DNA from: an uncultured Actinomycetes bacterium
GTDB taxonomy: Bacteria; Actinomycetota; Thermoleophilia; RBG-16-64-13
Reading direction: 5' to 3'
Length of the DNA stretch: 27,583 bases
Assembly (NCBI GenBank): GCA_963706025.1
Contig: CAVPLM010000023.1
Location: forward strand, 1-27,583
Part shown: piece by piece, positions 8,786-18,433 of the stretch
Layout: each line of letters begins with the position of its first letter
Numbering within the stretch: the stretch's first letter is position 1
Notes under the pieces: model-generated
The model's input: only the letters and a program-made list of their open reading frames with translations
Told to the model about the DNA's origin: nothing
The model's database searches: none
Position numbers and translations under genes: made by a program

Positions 8786-8842
8786 GGGCGCGGTTCGTCC
8801 GGGGCGTCGCCCGACATGGAGAAACGCGGATAGGGGCTGCAG

Positions 8843-9791
8843 ATGATAGTCACAACCAAGGCGCTGTTCCAGGTCGCCTACGGCAAGTTCGCCGTCGGCG
8901 CCTACAACATCAATAACATGGAGCAGACCCTGGGTCTGTTCCGGGCAACCTGGAGTCCCAGGCCCCGTTTATAATCCAGATCTCGCGTGGCGCCCGTTCC
9001 TACGCCGACAAGCGCATGCTGGAAGCCATGATCAAGGCCGCCGATGAGATCTTCCCCGACGCCGTCTTCGCCGTGCATCTCGACCACGGCGACTTGGCCA
9101 CGGCGCTCGACTGCATCGAGAGCGGGTTCTACTCCTCGGTCATGATCGACGCCTCCCACGAACCCCTGGACGAGAATATCCGCATCACCCGCGAAGTGGT
9201 CGACGCCGCCCACGCCCGCGGCATCTCGGTGGAAGCCGAGCTGGGGCAGCTCGGAGGAGTGGAGGAGCACGTGCAGGTGGACGAGAAGAACGCCCACCTC
9301 ACCGATCCGGCCGAAGCCGAGGTGTTCGTGCGGGAATCGGGGTGCGACTCCCTAGCCGTCGCCATCGGGACCAGCCACGGGGCCTACAAGTTCAGCGGCC
9401 ATCAGGGCCTGCACCTGGATGTCGCCGCCGAGATCCAGAAGCGCCTCCCCGGTTTTCCACTGGTCATGCATGGATCGAGCTCGGTGCCGCAAGAAGAGAT
9501 CGAGCGCATCAACGCCGCCGGGGGCTCCATCAAGGGAGCCAAAGGGGTGGACGAGGACGAGTTCGCCAAGGCGGTTCCACTGGGGGTGACCAAGGTCAAC
9601 ATCGATACCGATGGCCGCTTGGTCTGGACCCGGGTTCACCGGGAATTCTTCCGGGACCATCCCGAGAAGTTCGACCTGCGGGACCCCGGTAAGCTCTTCG
9701 TGGCCGAATACGCGGCCTTCATCGCTCAAAGAACCAGAAGTTGGGCTCGGCCGGCGCTCTGCCGGCGGTGCGAAAGGCGGTGACAGGATAG
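8843..9791 (+). CDS. fba: Class II fructose-1,6-bisphosphate aldolase, frameshifts near 8944 and 9729
   Basis: MIVTTKALFQVAYGKFAVGAYNINNME, VHLDHG, SVMIDAS, VEAELG, LAVAIGTSHGAYKF, LVMHGSS and KVNIDTD. Corrected tail KLGSAGALPAVRKAVTG, ending at TAG 9789-9791. Confidence 0.93.
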
Positions 9792-9850
9792 ATCTCGATC
9801 ACCGCTCCTTCGGTAAGGCGTCCTTCATCGGCCGGGGAGATAGGGATAGC

Positions 9851-11764
9851 ATGGAGACTCTGACCGGCCAGCTGTTCGCTCAGGTCGTGCAGTCGGGCGC
9901 CTACGCCGTGGCGCGAGCACAGGATGCGCTCGACCGGATCAACGTGTTCCCGGTGGCCGATGCCGACACCGGGGCCAACCTTGCCGCAACGCTGAGCGCG
10001 GCCGCGGCTGGGCTGGGACGGAATCCGCCGACGGCAGTGGGTGCCGCGGCACGCGTAGCCGCCGACGCGGCGCTGATCGGGGCGCGGGGCAATTCCGGAG
10101 CCATTTTCGCCCAGTTCCTGCATGGACTGGCGGAGGGACTGCACCTCAAGAAGGGTGTAGCCACGGGCGAGTTTGCGCTGGCCGCCATCATCGGCGTCGA
10201 TGCCGCTTATTCAGCCGTTCAGAATCCGCGCGAAGGGACCATTCTGTCGGTCCTCCGCGCCTGGGCCAGCGATATGAATGCCCAAGCCCCCGGTCTGCCG
10301 GATTTCGGCGTACTCATGGACCGCGCGCTCGAGGCGGCCCGCGTTGCTCTTGCAGCTACCCCGAGCCAACTAGAGGTACTTGCGCGGAACAAGGTGGTCG
10401 ACGCCGGCGGACAAGGCTTCGTGTACTTCCTCGAAGGCATGCTCCATCCTTTGGGAAGCCGTCTCGGTTCGGACGTGAGCATGCTGGAGTCCCTTACGTT
10501 CGCCGCCGCCTACGAGCAGCTATCCGGGATCTCGGGTGCTCACGGGGGTGGGTTCGTCGCCAGCGGCTCCGGACGGGCTCGGGGACTGGACGCGGAGGCG
10601 ATCGACGAACGGTTCCGCTACTGTACCGAAGCGTTGCTCGGAGGGGAGCGTCTCGATCGGGAGCTCATTCAGCGGGCCATCGGGAGTCTGGGCGAGTCCC
10701 TGGTGGTCGCGGGCGGCGGGACCCATATGCGAGTCCATCTCCACACGAACCAGCCTGCCTTGTTCCGGAGCGCTCTCGAGGGATTCGGGACGCTGGAAAG
10801 CTTCAAGATCGACGACATGGTGCTGCAGCAGGCTACGGCCAGGGCCGCCACTATCGCTCTCGTCACCGACTCCACCTTCGATCTTCCTGAGGCGGCGCAG
10901 CTCCGCTTTGGCACGGTGATGGTGCCGCTGACCGTGACGATCGGAGGCAGGACGTATCTCGACCGGGTTGAACTCGGCTCCAGCGACTTCTACCGTCTGG
11001 TGCGCCAGACCGGCGAATTGCCGCGCACCTCCCAGCCGAATCGCGCCGATTTCCGCCGAGTCTATGAAGCGTTGTTGAAGGACCACGAGGGCGTGGTCTC
11101 TATCCACCTCTCCAAGCGGGTGTCCGGGACCTACCAGTCTGCTCTTGGAGCGGCCGCCGACGTGGATGTGTCTCGAGTGCGGGTGGTGGATGCGCGCCAC
11201 CTCTCGGTGGGCCTGGGACTGGTGGTGGAAGCGGCCGGTGAGGCCATCCAGGGCGGTGAATCGCTCGACGGCGTGGTGGCGGCTGCGGAAGCCGCCGCCC
11301 GGAATACCAGGGTATACGGTGCCACGCCTTCGCTCGATTTCGCCGTGAAGGGTGGGCGCGTCAACTCCAAAGTGGCCTACATGGCCGGCTTGATCAGGCT
11401 GAAGCCGGTGATCCTGTTCGACGAAGAGGGAGGGGTCCACGCCAACGGCGGCCATCTCGGCTATGCGCGGACCATCCGAGGCATCGCCCGGCGGGCCGCC
11501 GAGTTCGCGAACGGCCGGCCTGCTCGGGTGGCCATAACCCACGCGGATTCGCCCGAATCCGCGGCGTACCTCCTCCAGCAGCTGCACAGACGTTTCGGAC
11601 AGCAGCAGGACATCCCCATGATGGAGTGTGGGGCGGTCCTCTCCACCCATACCGGTCTGGGAGCGGTGGCGGTCGCGGTACGCCGTCTGTCGGCCGACGC
11701 CGCGCCGAGCCGGTCTTCGCCGCCCGAGTCGCGCGAAGACGGCGAGCAACGAGGGTCCCGATGA
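9851..11764 (+). CDS. DAK2-domain / DegV fusion protein (fatty acid kinase FakA-FakB-like fusion)
   Basis: N-terminal INVFPVADADTGANL, GARGNSG, PREGTILSV, VVDAGGQG, YCTE and VHLHTN. C-terminal DegV motifs IALVTDSTFDL, PRTSQP, SGTYQSA, KGGRV, LKPVI and STHTGLG. Confidence 0.9.
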   Translation: METLTGQLFAQVVQSGAYAVARAQDALDRINVFPVADADTGANLAATLSAAAAGLGRNPPTAVGAAARVAADAALIGARGNSGAIFAQFLHGLAEGLHLKKGVATGEFALAAIIGVDAAYSAVQNPREGTILSVLRAWASDMNAQAPGLPDFGVLMDRALEAARVALAATPSQLEVLARNKVVDAGGQGFVYFLEGMLHPLGSRLGSDVSMLESLTFAAAYEQLSGISGAHGGGFVASGSGRARGLDAEAIDERFRYCTEALLGGERLDRELIQRAIGSLGESLVVAGGGTHMRVHLHTNQPALFRSALEGFGTLESFKIDDMVLQQATARAATIALVTDSTFDLPEAAQLRFGTVMVPLTVTIGGRTYLDRVELGSSDFYRLVRQTGELPRTSQPNRADFRRVYEALLKDHEGVVSIHLSKRVSGTYQSALGAAADVDVSRVRVVDARHLSVGLGLVVEAAGEAIQGGESLDGVVAAAEAAARNTRVYGATPSLDFAVKGGRVNSKVAYMAGLIRLKPVILFDEEGGVHANGGHLGYARTIRGIARRAAEFANGRPARVAITHADSPESAAYLLQQLHRRFGQQQDIPMMECGAVLSTHTGLGAVAVAVRRLSADAAPSRSSPPESREDGEQRGSR

Positions 11765-11829
11765 ACCTGCCGGTCGCGATGGAAGCCACTCTGGGCGTCC
11801 TGGTTGTCTAAACCGCGCAAGGGCTAGGA

Positions 11830-11858
11830 CGCACGACGCGTGCGATACGTGGTATTTT
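11830..11858 (+). promoter_or_regulatory. Candidate pckG promoter (extended -10) with adjacent palindrome
   Basis: TGGTATTTT at 11850-11858, 7 nt before the structured leader; CGCACG-ACG-CGTGCG inverted repeat at 11830-11844. Confidence 0.45.
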
Positions 11859-11864
11859 CTCCCC

Positions 11865-11986
11865 GGCAGACTGGCGGAGGATGGCGCGTACCCATCAGCC
11901 GCGCTGTGAGGCCGGCTGTGACACTCGGATAGAGCGTTAGCCGGCTTCGCCTATTCCTAGGCGCTAATACGACCGCTAAGGCAGAC
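11865..11986 (+). ncRNA. Candidate structured cis-regulatory leader RNA upstream of pckG
   Basis: Closing helix UGGCGG (11872-77) / CCGCUA (11973-78) encloses hairpins GAUGG/CCAUC, GAGGCCGGCU/AGCCGGCUUC and GCCUA/UAGGC. Flanked by GGCAGAC and UAAUACGA; ends 2 nt before the RBS AAGGAG. Confidence 0.55.
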
Positions 11987-11999
11987 GGAAGGAGATAGG

Positions 12000-13817
12000 A
12001 TGGCGGCCGCGATCGACGCCCTGACTAAGAACGGGGAACTGCTGGCCTGGCTGCATGACGTGGTCGAGCTGTGCAGACCAGACAACGTCTACGCCTGTGA
12101 CGGCTCGCAGGACGACTACGAGCACATGTGCGAACTGCTCGTCAAGCAGGGAACGTTCACCCGGTTGAACGACTCCCTGCGGCCCAACTGCTACCTGGCC
12201 CGTTCGCACCCCAGCGACGTCGCTCGGGTCGAGGACCGCACCTACATCTGCACCAAGAATCAGGCGGATGCCGGTCCGACCAACAACTGGGCCCCCGCGG
12301 GAGAGATGAAACGCAAGATGATCCGTCTCTTCCAGCGCACGATGGAGGGGCGGACGCTGTACATCATCCCGTTCTCCATGGGACCCATCGGCTCACCCTT
12401 CTCCAAGATAGGCATCGAGGTGACCGACTCCCCCTACGTGGTCGCCAACATGATGATCATGACCCGCACCGGCATCGAGGTCCTCGAAGCGCTGGGCGAG
12501 TGCGGCAAGTTCATCCCCTGCCTGCATTCCGTGGGAGCGCCGCTGTCCCCGTTCCAGGGTGACGTGCCCTGGCCCTGCGAGCGCGATCCCAAGCACAAGT
12601 TCATCGTGCATTTCCCCGAAGACCCTTCTATCTGGTCTTACGGGTCAGGCTACGGCGGCAACGCCTTGCTCGGCAAAAAATGCCTGGCGCTACGCATCGC
12701 CTCGACCGAGGCTCACAAGGAGGGCTGGCTGGCCGAGCACATGTTGATCCTCGCTCTCACCTCTCCCGAGGGCAAGACCCACTACATCGCCGGGGCGTTC
12801 CCGAGCGCCTGCGGCAAGACCAATCTGGCGATGATGCGGCCCACGCTCCCCGGCTGGAAAGTGACCACCGTCGGAGACGACATCGCTTGGATGCGGATCG
12901 GGGACGACGGGCGTCTGTGGGCGGTCAATCCAGAGACGGGCTTCTTCGGCGTGGCGCCGGGGACTTCCCACGACTCGAATCCCAACGCGATGGAGACGTT
13001 CACCAAGAACACCATCTTCACCAACACCGGCCTCACCGACGATGGTGACGTGTGGTGGGAGGACATGGGAGTCGAGGCCCCGGCTCACCTCATCGACTGG
13101 GAGGGCGACGACTGGACCCCGGACTCGGGCCGGAAGGCGGCTCATCCCAACTCGCGCTTCACCGCCCCCGCCTCCCAGTGCCCGGTCATCGACCCCAGGT
13201 GGCAGGACCCGGCGGGCGTACCCATATCGGCCATCCTGTTCGGGGGCCGGCGGGCGAGCACCATCCCTCTGGTGAACGAGGCTTTCGACTGGGAGCACGG
13301 CGTGTTCATGGGCTCGGCCGCCGGCTCCGAGACCACCGCCGCCAATCTGAGCAAGACCGGGGTACTGCGGCACGACCCGTTCGCCATGCTGCCGTTCTGT
13401 GGCTATAACATGGGCGACTACTTCGCCCAGTGGCTGTCCATGGCCGAGCGCACGGACCCCGCCAAGCTGCCGCGCATCTTCTTCGTCAACTGGTTCCGCA
13501 AGGGCGAGGACGGACACTGGCTATGGCCGGGATACGGCGAGAACAGCCGCGTGCTCGAGTGGATCTTCGAGCGCGTGGAAGGGCAAGGCGAAGCGGTGAA
13601 GACCCCCATCGGCAACCTGCCGACGCCCGAGGCGCTCGATCTGTCCGGCCTAGACCTGCCGGCCGACGACCTGCGCAGACTTCTAGAGGTCGACATCGAG
13701 GGCTGGAAGAAGGAAGCGGCCGGCTTGTCCGAATACTACGATGAATTCGGGGATCGTCTGCCCCAGGTTCTCTGGAAGCAACTCGAGGCCCTGCAAGACC
13801 GTCTGGGCGCGAGGTGA
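12000..13817 (+). CDS. pckG: Phosphoenolpyruvate carboxykinase (GTP)
   Basis: Intact 605 aa with [69 protein letters not shown] and [11 protein letters not shown]. Confidence 0.98.
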   Translation: MAAAIDALTKNGELLAWLHDVVELCRPDNVYACDGSQDDYEHMCELLVKQGTFTRLNDSLRPNCYLARSHPSDVARVEDRTYICTKNQADAGPTNNWAPAGEMKRKMIRLFQRTMEGRTLYIIPFSMGPIGSPFSKIGIEVTDSPYVVANMMIMTRTGIEVLEALGECGKFIPCLHSVGAPLSPFQGDVPWPCERDPKHKFIVHFPEDPSIWSYGSGYGGNALLGKKCLALRIASTEAHKEGWLAEHMLILALTSPEGKTHYIAGAFPSACGKTNLAMMRPTLPGWKVTTVGDDIAWMRIGDDGRLWAVNPETGFFGVAPGTSHDSNPNAMETFTKNTIFTNTGLTDDGDVWWEDMGVEAPAHLIDWEGDDWTPDSGRKAAHPNSRFTAPASQCPVIDPRWQDPAGVPISAILFGGRRASTIPLVNEAFDWEHGVFMGSAAGSETTAANLSKTGVLRHDPFAMLPFCGYNMGDYFAQWLSMAERTDPAKLPRIFFVNWFRKGEDGHWLWPGYGENSRVLEWIFERVEGQGEAVKTPIGNLPTPEALDLSGLDLPADDLRRLLEVDIEGWKKEAAGLSEYYDEFGDRLPQVLWKQLEALQDRLGAR

Positions 13818-15121
13818 GCATGGACCCCTTGGCCGTTGAGCTCAATCAGATCATCGAACAGCAAGCTCCCGCAGTGATGCGGCTCCTCTCCGACATGGGC
13901 AAAGAACTGTACTTCCCCAAAGGGATCTTGACCCAATCGGCCGAGGCCAATCAGAAAGCCACACGTTACAACGCCACCATCGGCGAAGCCCGGGAGCTGC
14001 AGCATTCAATGGCGCTCCCGGCCATCATGCGCCATCTGGCCGACCTGGGCCCGGACGCGGTGCTGCCATACGCCCCGTCGTTCGGGCGGGCCGATCTGCG
14101 GGCTGCATGGCGAGAAGAGATCAAGGAGAAGAACCCGTCGCTAGGTGACACCCCCATCAGCCTGCCCGTGGTCACCGCCGGCATCACTCACGGGCTCAGC
14201 ACTGTGGGTGACATGTTCGCCGATCCGGGTGATCTTCTGCTGCTTCCCGACCAGTTGTGGGAGAACTACCAGCTGATCTTTGGGGTCAAGCGGAACGCGC
14301 AGGTGGCGTTCTACCCGCTGCTCGACCTCGACGAAGGTTTCGATATCGTCGGTTTCAGGCGGGTGTTGGGCGAAAACAGCGATCGCGGCAAGCTGCTTGT
14401 GCTCTTCAGCTTCCCGAACAACCCCACCGGGTATTCCATCACTCCGGCCGAAGCTGAAGCCATCCGGGGCGCGCTGGTCGAGATTGCCGAGGGTGGCTGC
14501 GACGTGGTGGCGATATGTGACGATGCCTATTTCGGTCTCTTCTACGACGAGAAGGTGATGAAGGAGTCGTTGTTCACGCGGCTTGCCTCGGCTCATCCCC
14601 GCATCCTCGCCGTGAAGCTGGACGGAGCCTCCAAGGAGGATTTCGCCTGGGGTCTCAGGGTGGCGTTCATCACCTACGGGATGGCCGGCGGAGCAGGTGC
14701 ATACGAGGCCCTGGAGAGGAAGACCGGGGGCTGCATAAGGGCGACCATCTCCAATTCCCCCAACATCTCACAGCAGTTGGTGTTGAAGGCGATGGCCGAT
14801 CCTGGCTACCGGGCGCAGAAGGAAGAGAAGTTCGCTGTTCTCCAACGCCGGGCGACCAAGGTCGGGGAAGTGCTGGCGGAGCCCCGGTTCGCAGCGGCCT
14901 GGAGGGCGTACCCCTTCAATTCCGGCTACTTCATGTGCCTGCGCCTCAACGAGCTGGACGCCGAGGCCTACCGGGTGCGACTACTGAATGAGTACGGAGT
15001 GGGTGTGATATCTCTGAACAGCACCGACATCCGTATCGCCTTCTCGTGCGTCGACGAGGTAGACATCGCGGACCTGTTCGATGTGATGCTCACCTGCGCT
15101 CTGGAGATGCAGAACGGGTAG
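13814..15121 (+). CDS. PLP-dependent class I/II aminotransferase, probable aspartate aminotransferase
   Basis: [14 protein letters not shown] and [13 protein letters not shown] (PLP Lys). GTGA start/stop overlap with pckG. Confidence 0.9.
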   Translation: MSMDPLAVELNQIIEQQAPAVMRLLSDMGKELYFPKGILTQSAEANQKATRYNATIGEARELQHSMALPAIMRHLADLGPDAVLPYAPSFGRADLRAAWREEIKEKNPSLGDTPISLPVVTAGITHGLSTVGDMFADPGDLLLLPDQLWENYQLIFGVKRNAQVAFYPLLDLDEGFDIVGFRRVLGENSDRGKLLVLFSFPNNPTGYSITPAEAEAIRGALVEIAEGGCDVVAICDDAYFGLFYDEKVMKESLFTRLASAHPRILAVKLDGASKEDFAWGLRVAFITYGMAGGAGAYEALERKTGGCIRATISNSPNISQQLVLKAMADPGYRAQKEEKFAVLQRRATKVGEVLAEPRFAAAWRAYPFNSGYFMCLRLNELDAEAYRVRLLNEYGVGVISLNSTDIRIAFSCVDEVDIADLFDVMLTCALEMQNG

Positions 15122-15194
15122 GCGGAGCCGCTGATCAGGGCCTGGTCCTAGTTGGCACGCATCTAGAGAGGAACCAGTCGAGCACGGGGGGAAC

Positions 15195-15575
15195 ATGGCA
15201 AAGACCAAGGGTCAGGTCGAAGCGGAGATCAGCGACGCCATCGTCAAGTTCGAGCTCGACTACATGGGCCGCGGGCCGGAAGAGGCCCGCACCTATATCG
15301 TCGAAGACCTCGTCATTGTCCGTCTGCGAGGCGTGCTCACCCCGGCTGAGCGCCAACTGGGAGGGGCAGACGGGACCCCCCAGGGCCGTACTCTCGTCAA
15401 GGAGATCAGACGCGAGTTGATCGAGAAGGCCAGACCTCTCCTGGAGACCATCATCAAGGACGTCACCGGGCAGGAGGTCCGCAGCTTGCATACCGACATC
15501 AGTACCATCTTCGGGGAGCGCATCATCGTGTTCTCGCTGGCGGGCCCGGTGCGCCTGACCGCCGGCAACCACTGA
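15195..15575 (+). CDS. DUF2294 / MpsC family protein
   Basis: KTKGQVEAEIS.AI.KFE..YMGRGP, IVRLRGVLTPAE, GR.LVK..R..L and SLHTDIST..GERIIVF. Confidence 0.9.
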   Translation: MAKTKGQVEAEISDAIVKFELDYMGRGPEEARTYIVEDLVIVRLRGVLTPAERQLGGADGTPQGRTLVKEIRRELIEKARPLLETIIKDVTGQEVRSLHTDISTIFGERIIVFSLAGPVRLTAGNH

Positions 15576-15615
15576 CCCGCGGTGCACGGGAGGTCGGCGA
15601 ACGGGGGCGGCGGCA

Positions 15616-16365
15616 ATGGGCGGTGTCTTCATCCGTTTCTACGCTGAGCTCGGCGATCTGCTGCCTCCAGAGCGTCGCGGCCGCGAATTCGAGCATCCCT
15701 ACCCTTCGGGTGGTGCGGTCAAGGACCTTATCGAGGGCCTGGGGGTGCCGCACACCGAGGTCGACCTGATCCTGGTGGAAGGACGGTCTGTCGGTTTCTC
15801 TCACCCGGTCGAGGACGGCGAGCACGTGAGCGTGTACCCGGTGTTCGAGGCGCTGGACGTCGCCCCTGTGACTCGGGTGCGGGCGCGCCCGCTGCGCCGG
15901 GTCTGTTTCGCGGCCGACGTGCACCTGGGCAAGCTGGCAGGCTACCTGCGGCTGGCAGGCTTCGACACGCGATATCGCAACGACTGGTCCGACGACGAGC
16001 TCGTCGAGACCGCCGTCGGCGAGCACCGGATCATCCTGACCCGGGATCGAAGACTGCTGATGCGAGCAGCGGTGACTCATGGCTACCTCGTACGGCAGAC
16101 GTACCCCCGACGGCAGCTGCCAGAAGTACTGGAGCGGTTCGACCTGTGGGGGTCCCTCCGGCCGTTGGCGCGCTGCTCGCTGTGCAACGGCCTCGTGGAA
16201 GCGGTAGAGAAGGCCGATGTCATCGACGGGCTCCCGCCGCTCACGGTGCGCCACTACGAGGAGTTTTGGCGATGCACCGGTTGCGGCCAGCTCTACTGGA
16301 AGGGCGCGCACTATCGGTCGCTGGAGCGGCTGCTCGCCCGAGAGGCGCCTCCGGCCGACACCTAG
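15616..16365 (+). CDS. Mut7-C ubiquitin-like / PIN-fold RNase domain protein with Zn ribbon
   Basis: RFYAEL.D.L, VKDLIE.LGVPHTEVDLILV, VSVYPVFE, F.ADVHLGKLA.YLR..GFD, LTRDR.LL, RCSLCNG and CTGCGQLYWKGAH. Confidence 0.92.
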   Translation: MGGVFIRFYAELGDLLPPERRGREFEHPYPSGGAVKDLIEGLGVPHTEVDLILVEGRSVGFSHPVEDGEHVSVYPVFEALDVAPVTRVRARPLRRVCFAADVHLGKLAGYLRLAGFDTRYRNDWSDDELVETAVGEHRIILTRDRRLLMRAAVTHGYLVRQTYPRRQLPEVLERFDLWGSLRPLARCSLCNGLVEAVEKADVIDGLPPLTVRHYEEFWRCTGCGQLYWKGAHYRSLERLLAREAPPADT

Positions 16366-16381
16366 CGACCGGCACGCCTGT

Positions 16382-17767
16382 TCAACGCATCTCCTGGCCG
16401 GCGACGGCAGCTGCTTCGTCACCTTCCGGCTGCATGGAGGCCGGTATGCCGCCCGGCCGCCAGCGAGCGAAGAGAGGCACTCCTATGAGGGCTACCGCCC
16501 CCATGGCCGCGATACCTGCGGCGGTGGCATTCGAGCCACTGGCGGCGCTGCTCGCTATGGGCGAGAGGGCCGCGCCCAGCCCCTGAGACACCCGCTGCAC
16601 GGCTCCGAAGAGACCGAAGGCCAACGCCTGGTAGTCGGAGCGGAAGTTCTCGGCATACGCCCCACGCACCGTCGGGACCAGAGCTCCTGAGAACAAGCCA
16701 TGCAGGCAGGCGCATAGCACCACTAGGCTCAGCGACGACACCAGGCTGAAGGCGAAGGCGTTGAGAGCCCACATGGTCAGCCCTACCATGATGATGAGCT
16801 TCACGAGACGGCGGTCGGGGCGGAGCAACGCTACGAAACCCGCTCCTGCGGCAGAAGAAAGCACAACCCCCAGAAGCACCGCCCAGAGTTGCATCCCCTC
16901 CAGATCGGTGAGCGCCTGGATGTGCAGGGTCAGATAGAGACTGAGTCCCATGATGGCCGAGTTGAGAGCGAAATAGCCGGCGAGGAACCAGCCCGCACGG
17001 TACTCGTGGGCGGACTGCTGCCATAGTGCCTTCATGCGGTGGTGCAGCTTCCCCTGGGGGATCTCCACAGCATCGGACTTCTTCTGCCACAACCGCTTCG
17101 CGAATATGCTCGGGATGGTGCATAGGAAGAAGACGAGCGCCGCTGGGATGAGGGCGTAGCCCTGCCCGCTGATGCCTTCGATCAGCTTGCCGGAGATGAA
17201 GAGCTGGATGACGCCGACTCCGACTACTCCGCCGAGGAAACTGAGACCCATGCCCAGTGACGAGACGCTGACCACGTTGGCGCCCCCGGCCGCGCTGAGC
17301 ATAGAGGCGTTGTAGATGAGGCTCGATAGTTGGAAGAAGTAGTTCGCGATCATGGCGGAGAGCAGCACGCCCACCACGGCCAGAGTCTCGGTGCGAGGCA
17401 GGATGTTGAGCGTGGCCAAGAGGACCACGGCTATAACCACCGAGACCACGAACCATTTGCGGCGAGTGCGCTTCTCGTCTGCGCTCACGCCGATGTAGGG
17501 GCCGCTCAGTCCTATGGCCCAGGACGAGGCGGCGGAGGCCAGGCCGAAGGCCACGGCAGGCACTCCCAGATCGTTGACCATCCACGGGGTGAGGTAATAG
17601 GGGATGGCGAACTCCACCGAGGTGTTGCCGAAATCGTAGGTATACCAGGCTAAGCGCGTGCGCCTGGCTGAACCGCCCTCGTCGGATGCTACCGTCGTGG
17701 GCGTCTGTGCGTCGGGTGTCTGTTCGGCGGGATCCACAGTCGCACTAGTGTACCTTTGGTTGGCCAA
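16382..17767 (-). CDS. MFS transporter (UMF1/Atg22-like)
   Basis: AWYTYDFGNT N-terminal motif, about 12 hydrophobic segments, G..AD....R.K loop; 461 aa. Start uncertain. Confidence 0.85.
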   Translation of the reverse strand: MANQRYTSATVDPAEQTPDAQTPTTVASDEGGSARRTRLAWYTYDFGNTSVEFAIPYYLTPWMVNDLGVPAVAFGLASAASSWAIGLSGPYIGVSADEKRTRRKWFVVSVVIAVVLLATLNILPRTETLAVVGVLLSAMIANYFFQLSSLIYNASMLSAAGGANVVSVSSLGMGLSFLGGVVGVGVIQLFISGKLIEGISGQGYALIPAALVFFLCTIPSIFAKRLWQKKSDAVEIPQGKLHHRMKALWQQSAHEYRAGWFLAGYFALNSAIMGLSLYLTLHIQALTDLEGMQLWAVLLGVVLSSAAGAGFVALLRPDRRLVKLIIMVGLTMWALNAFAFSLVSSLSLVVLCACLHGLFSGALVPTVRGAYAENFRSDYQALAFGLFGAVQRVSQGLGAALSPIASSAASGSNATAAGIAAMGAVALIGVPLFARWRPGGIPASMQPEGDEAAAVAGQEMR

Positions 17768-17862
17768 AACCTGGGCGGTGGTCTAACCTTGTGCCTCCGG
17801 CGCCGGCGTCTCGGGCGACGGCAGAGGTAAGCACAACGGGATCGCGAGGGTGATAGGGACCT

Positions 17863-18402
17863 ATGAGCGGCGCTGCCAGCGGAAACGACGCCTTAGAGGC
17901 AAGCACCACCCCTCTGTTCCGGGAGGTGCAGAGATTCCGCCACTGGTTCTTCTGGCTCCCCATCCTGATCGTCACCGTCGTCATCTGGTATCAGTTCGGG
18001 CTGCAGATCATCGTCGGCCGTCCCCCCGGGACGGAGCCGATACCTGATTGGGCGGCCTGGATCTTGACCCTGGTGTTCGGCATAGGCTTCCCGATCTTCG
18101 CTGCGATCGTGCGCCTGGTCACGGAGGTCAGGCCGGGGACGTTGTCAATAAGGTTGGTGCCCTTCCGATCGAAGGCGATCTCTATCGGCGAGATCAAGTC
18201 CGCCGAAGCACGCGAGTATTCGCCCATGGGGGAGTTCGGCGGCTGGGGGATCCGCCTCGGTCGAGACGGATCAAGAGCCTACAACGCCTACGGCAAGAGA
18301 GGCGTCCAGTTGGTGCTCTCAGGCGGCATGCGCGTCCTGGTCGGGACGCAGCGCGAGGACGAGTTGATCGCCGCGCTGCGCCTGGCCGGTGCCAAGGTCT
18401 AG
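17863..18402 (+). CDS. DUF6141-like membrane protein
   Basis: LFREVQRFR, two transmembrane segments, REYSP.GEFGGWGIR, AYNAYG.RGVQL and LVGTQ. Confidence 0.75.
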   Translation: MSGAASGNDALEASTTPLFREVQRFRHWFFWLPILIVTVVIWYQFGLQIIVGRPPGTEPIPDWAAWILTLVFGIGFPIFAAIVRLVTEVRPGTLSIRLVPFRSKAISIGEIKSAEAREYSPMGEFGGWGIRLGRDGSRAYNAYGKRGVQLVLSGGMRVLVGTQREDELIAALRLAGAKV

Positions 18403-18433
18403 GCGACAAGACCGGTAGGTCGGGGAACTGGCG

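Noticed and set aside
9611-9850. 80-aa N-terminal extension of the DAK2-DegV ORF in the ORF track
   Set aside because: It overlaps the fba 3' end; the ATG at 9851 has a purine-rich RBS and marks the domain start.
11865-11986. Canonical ZTP (pfl) riboswitch: GACUGGCGGA..GAUGG/CCAUC..CGACCGCU resembles it
   Set aside because: It lacks the GGGGAGC strand and the GCC..CGCCUGGGC 3' hairpin, and the downstream genes are not purine or folate genes. Kept as a different or variant motif pending cmscan.
10520-17585. Long antisense or alternate-frame ORFs (10520-11749, 12690-13517, 15523-16422, 16419-17585)
   Set aside because: Shadow ORFs of GC-rich genes with Arg/Gly/Pro-rich composition and no recognisable motifs.
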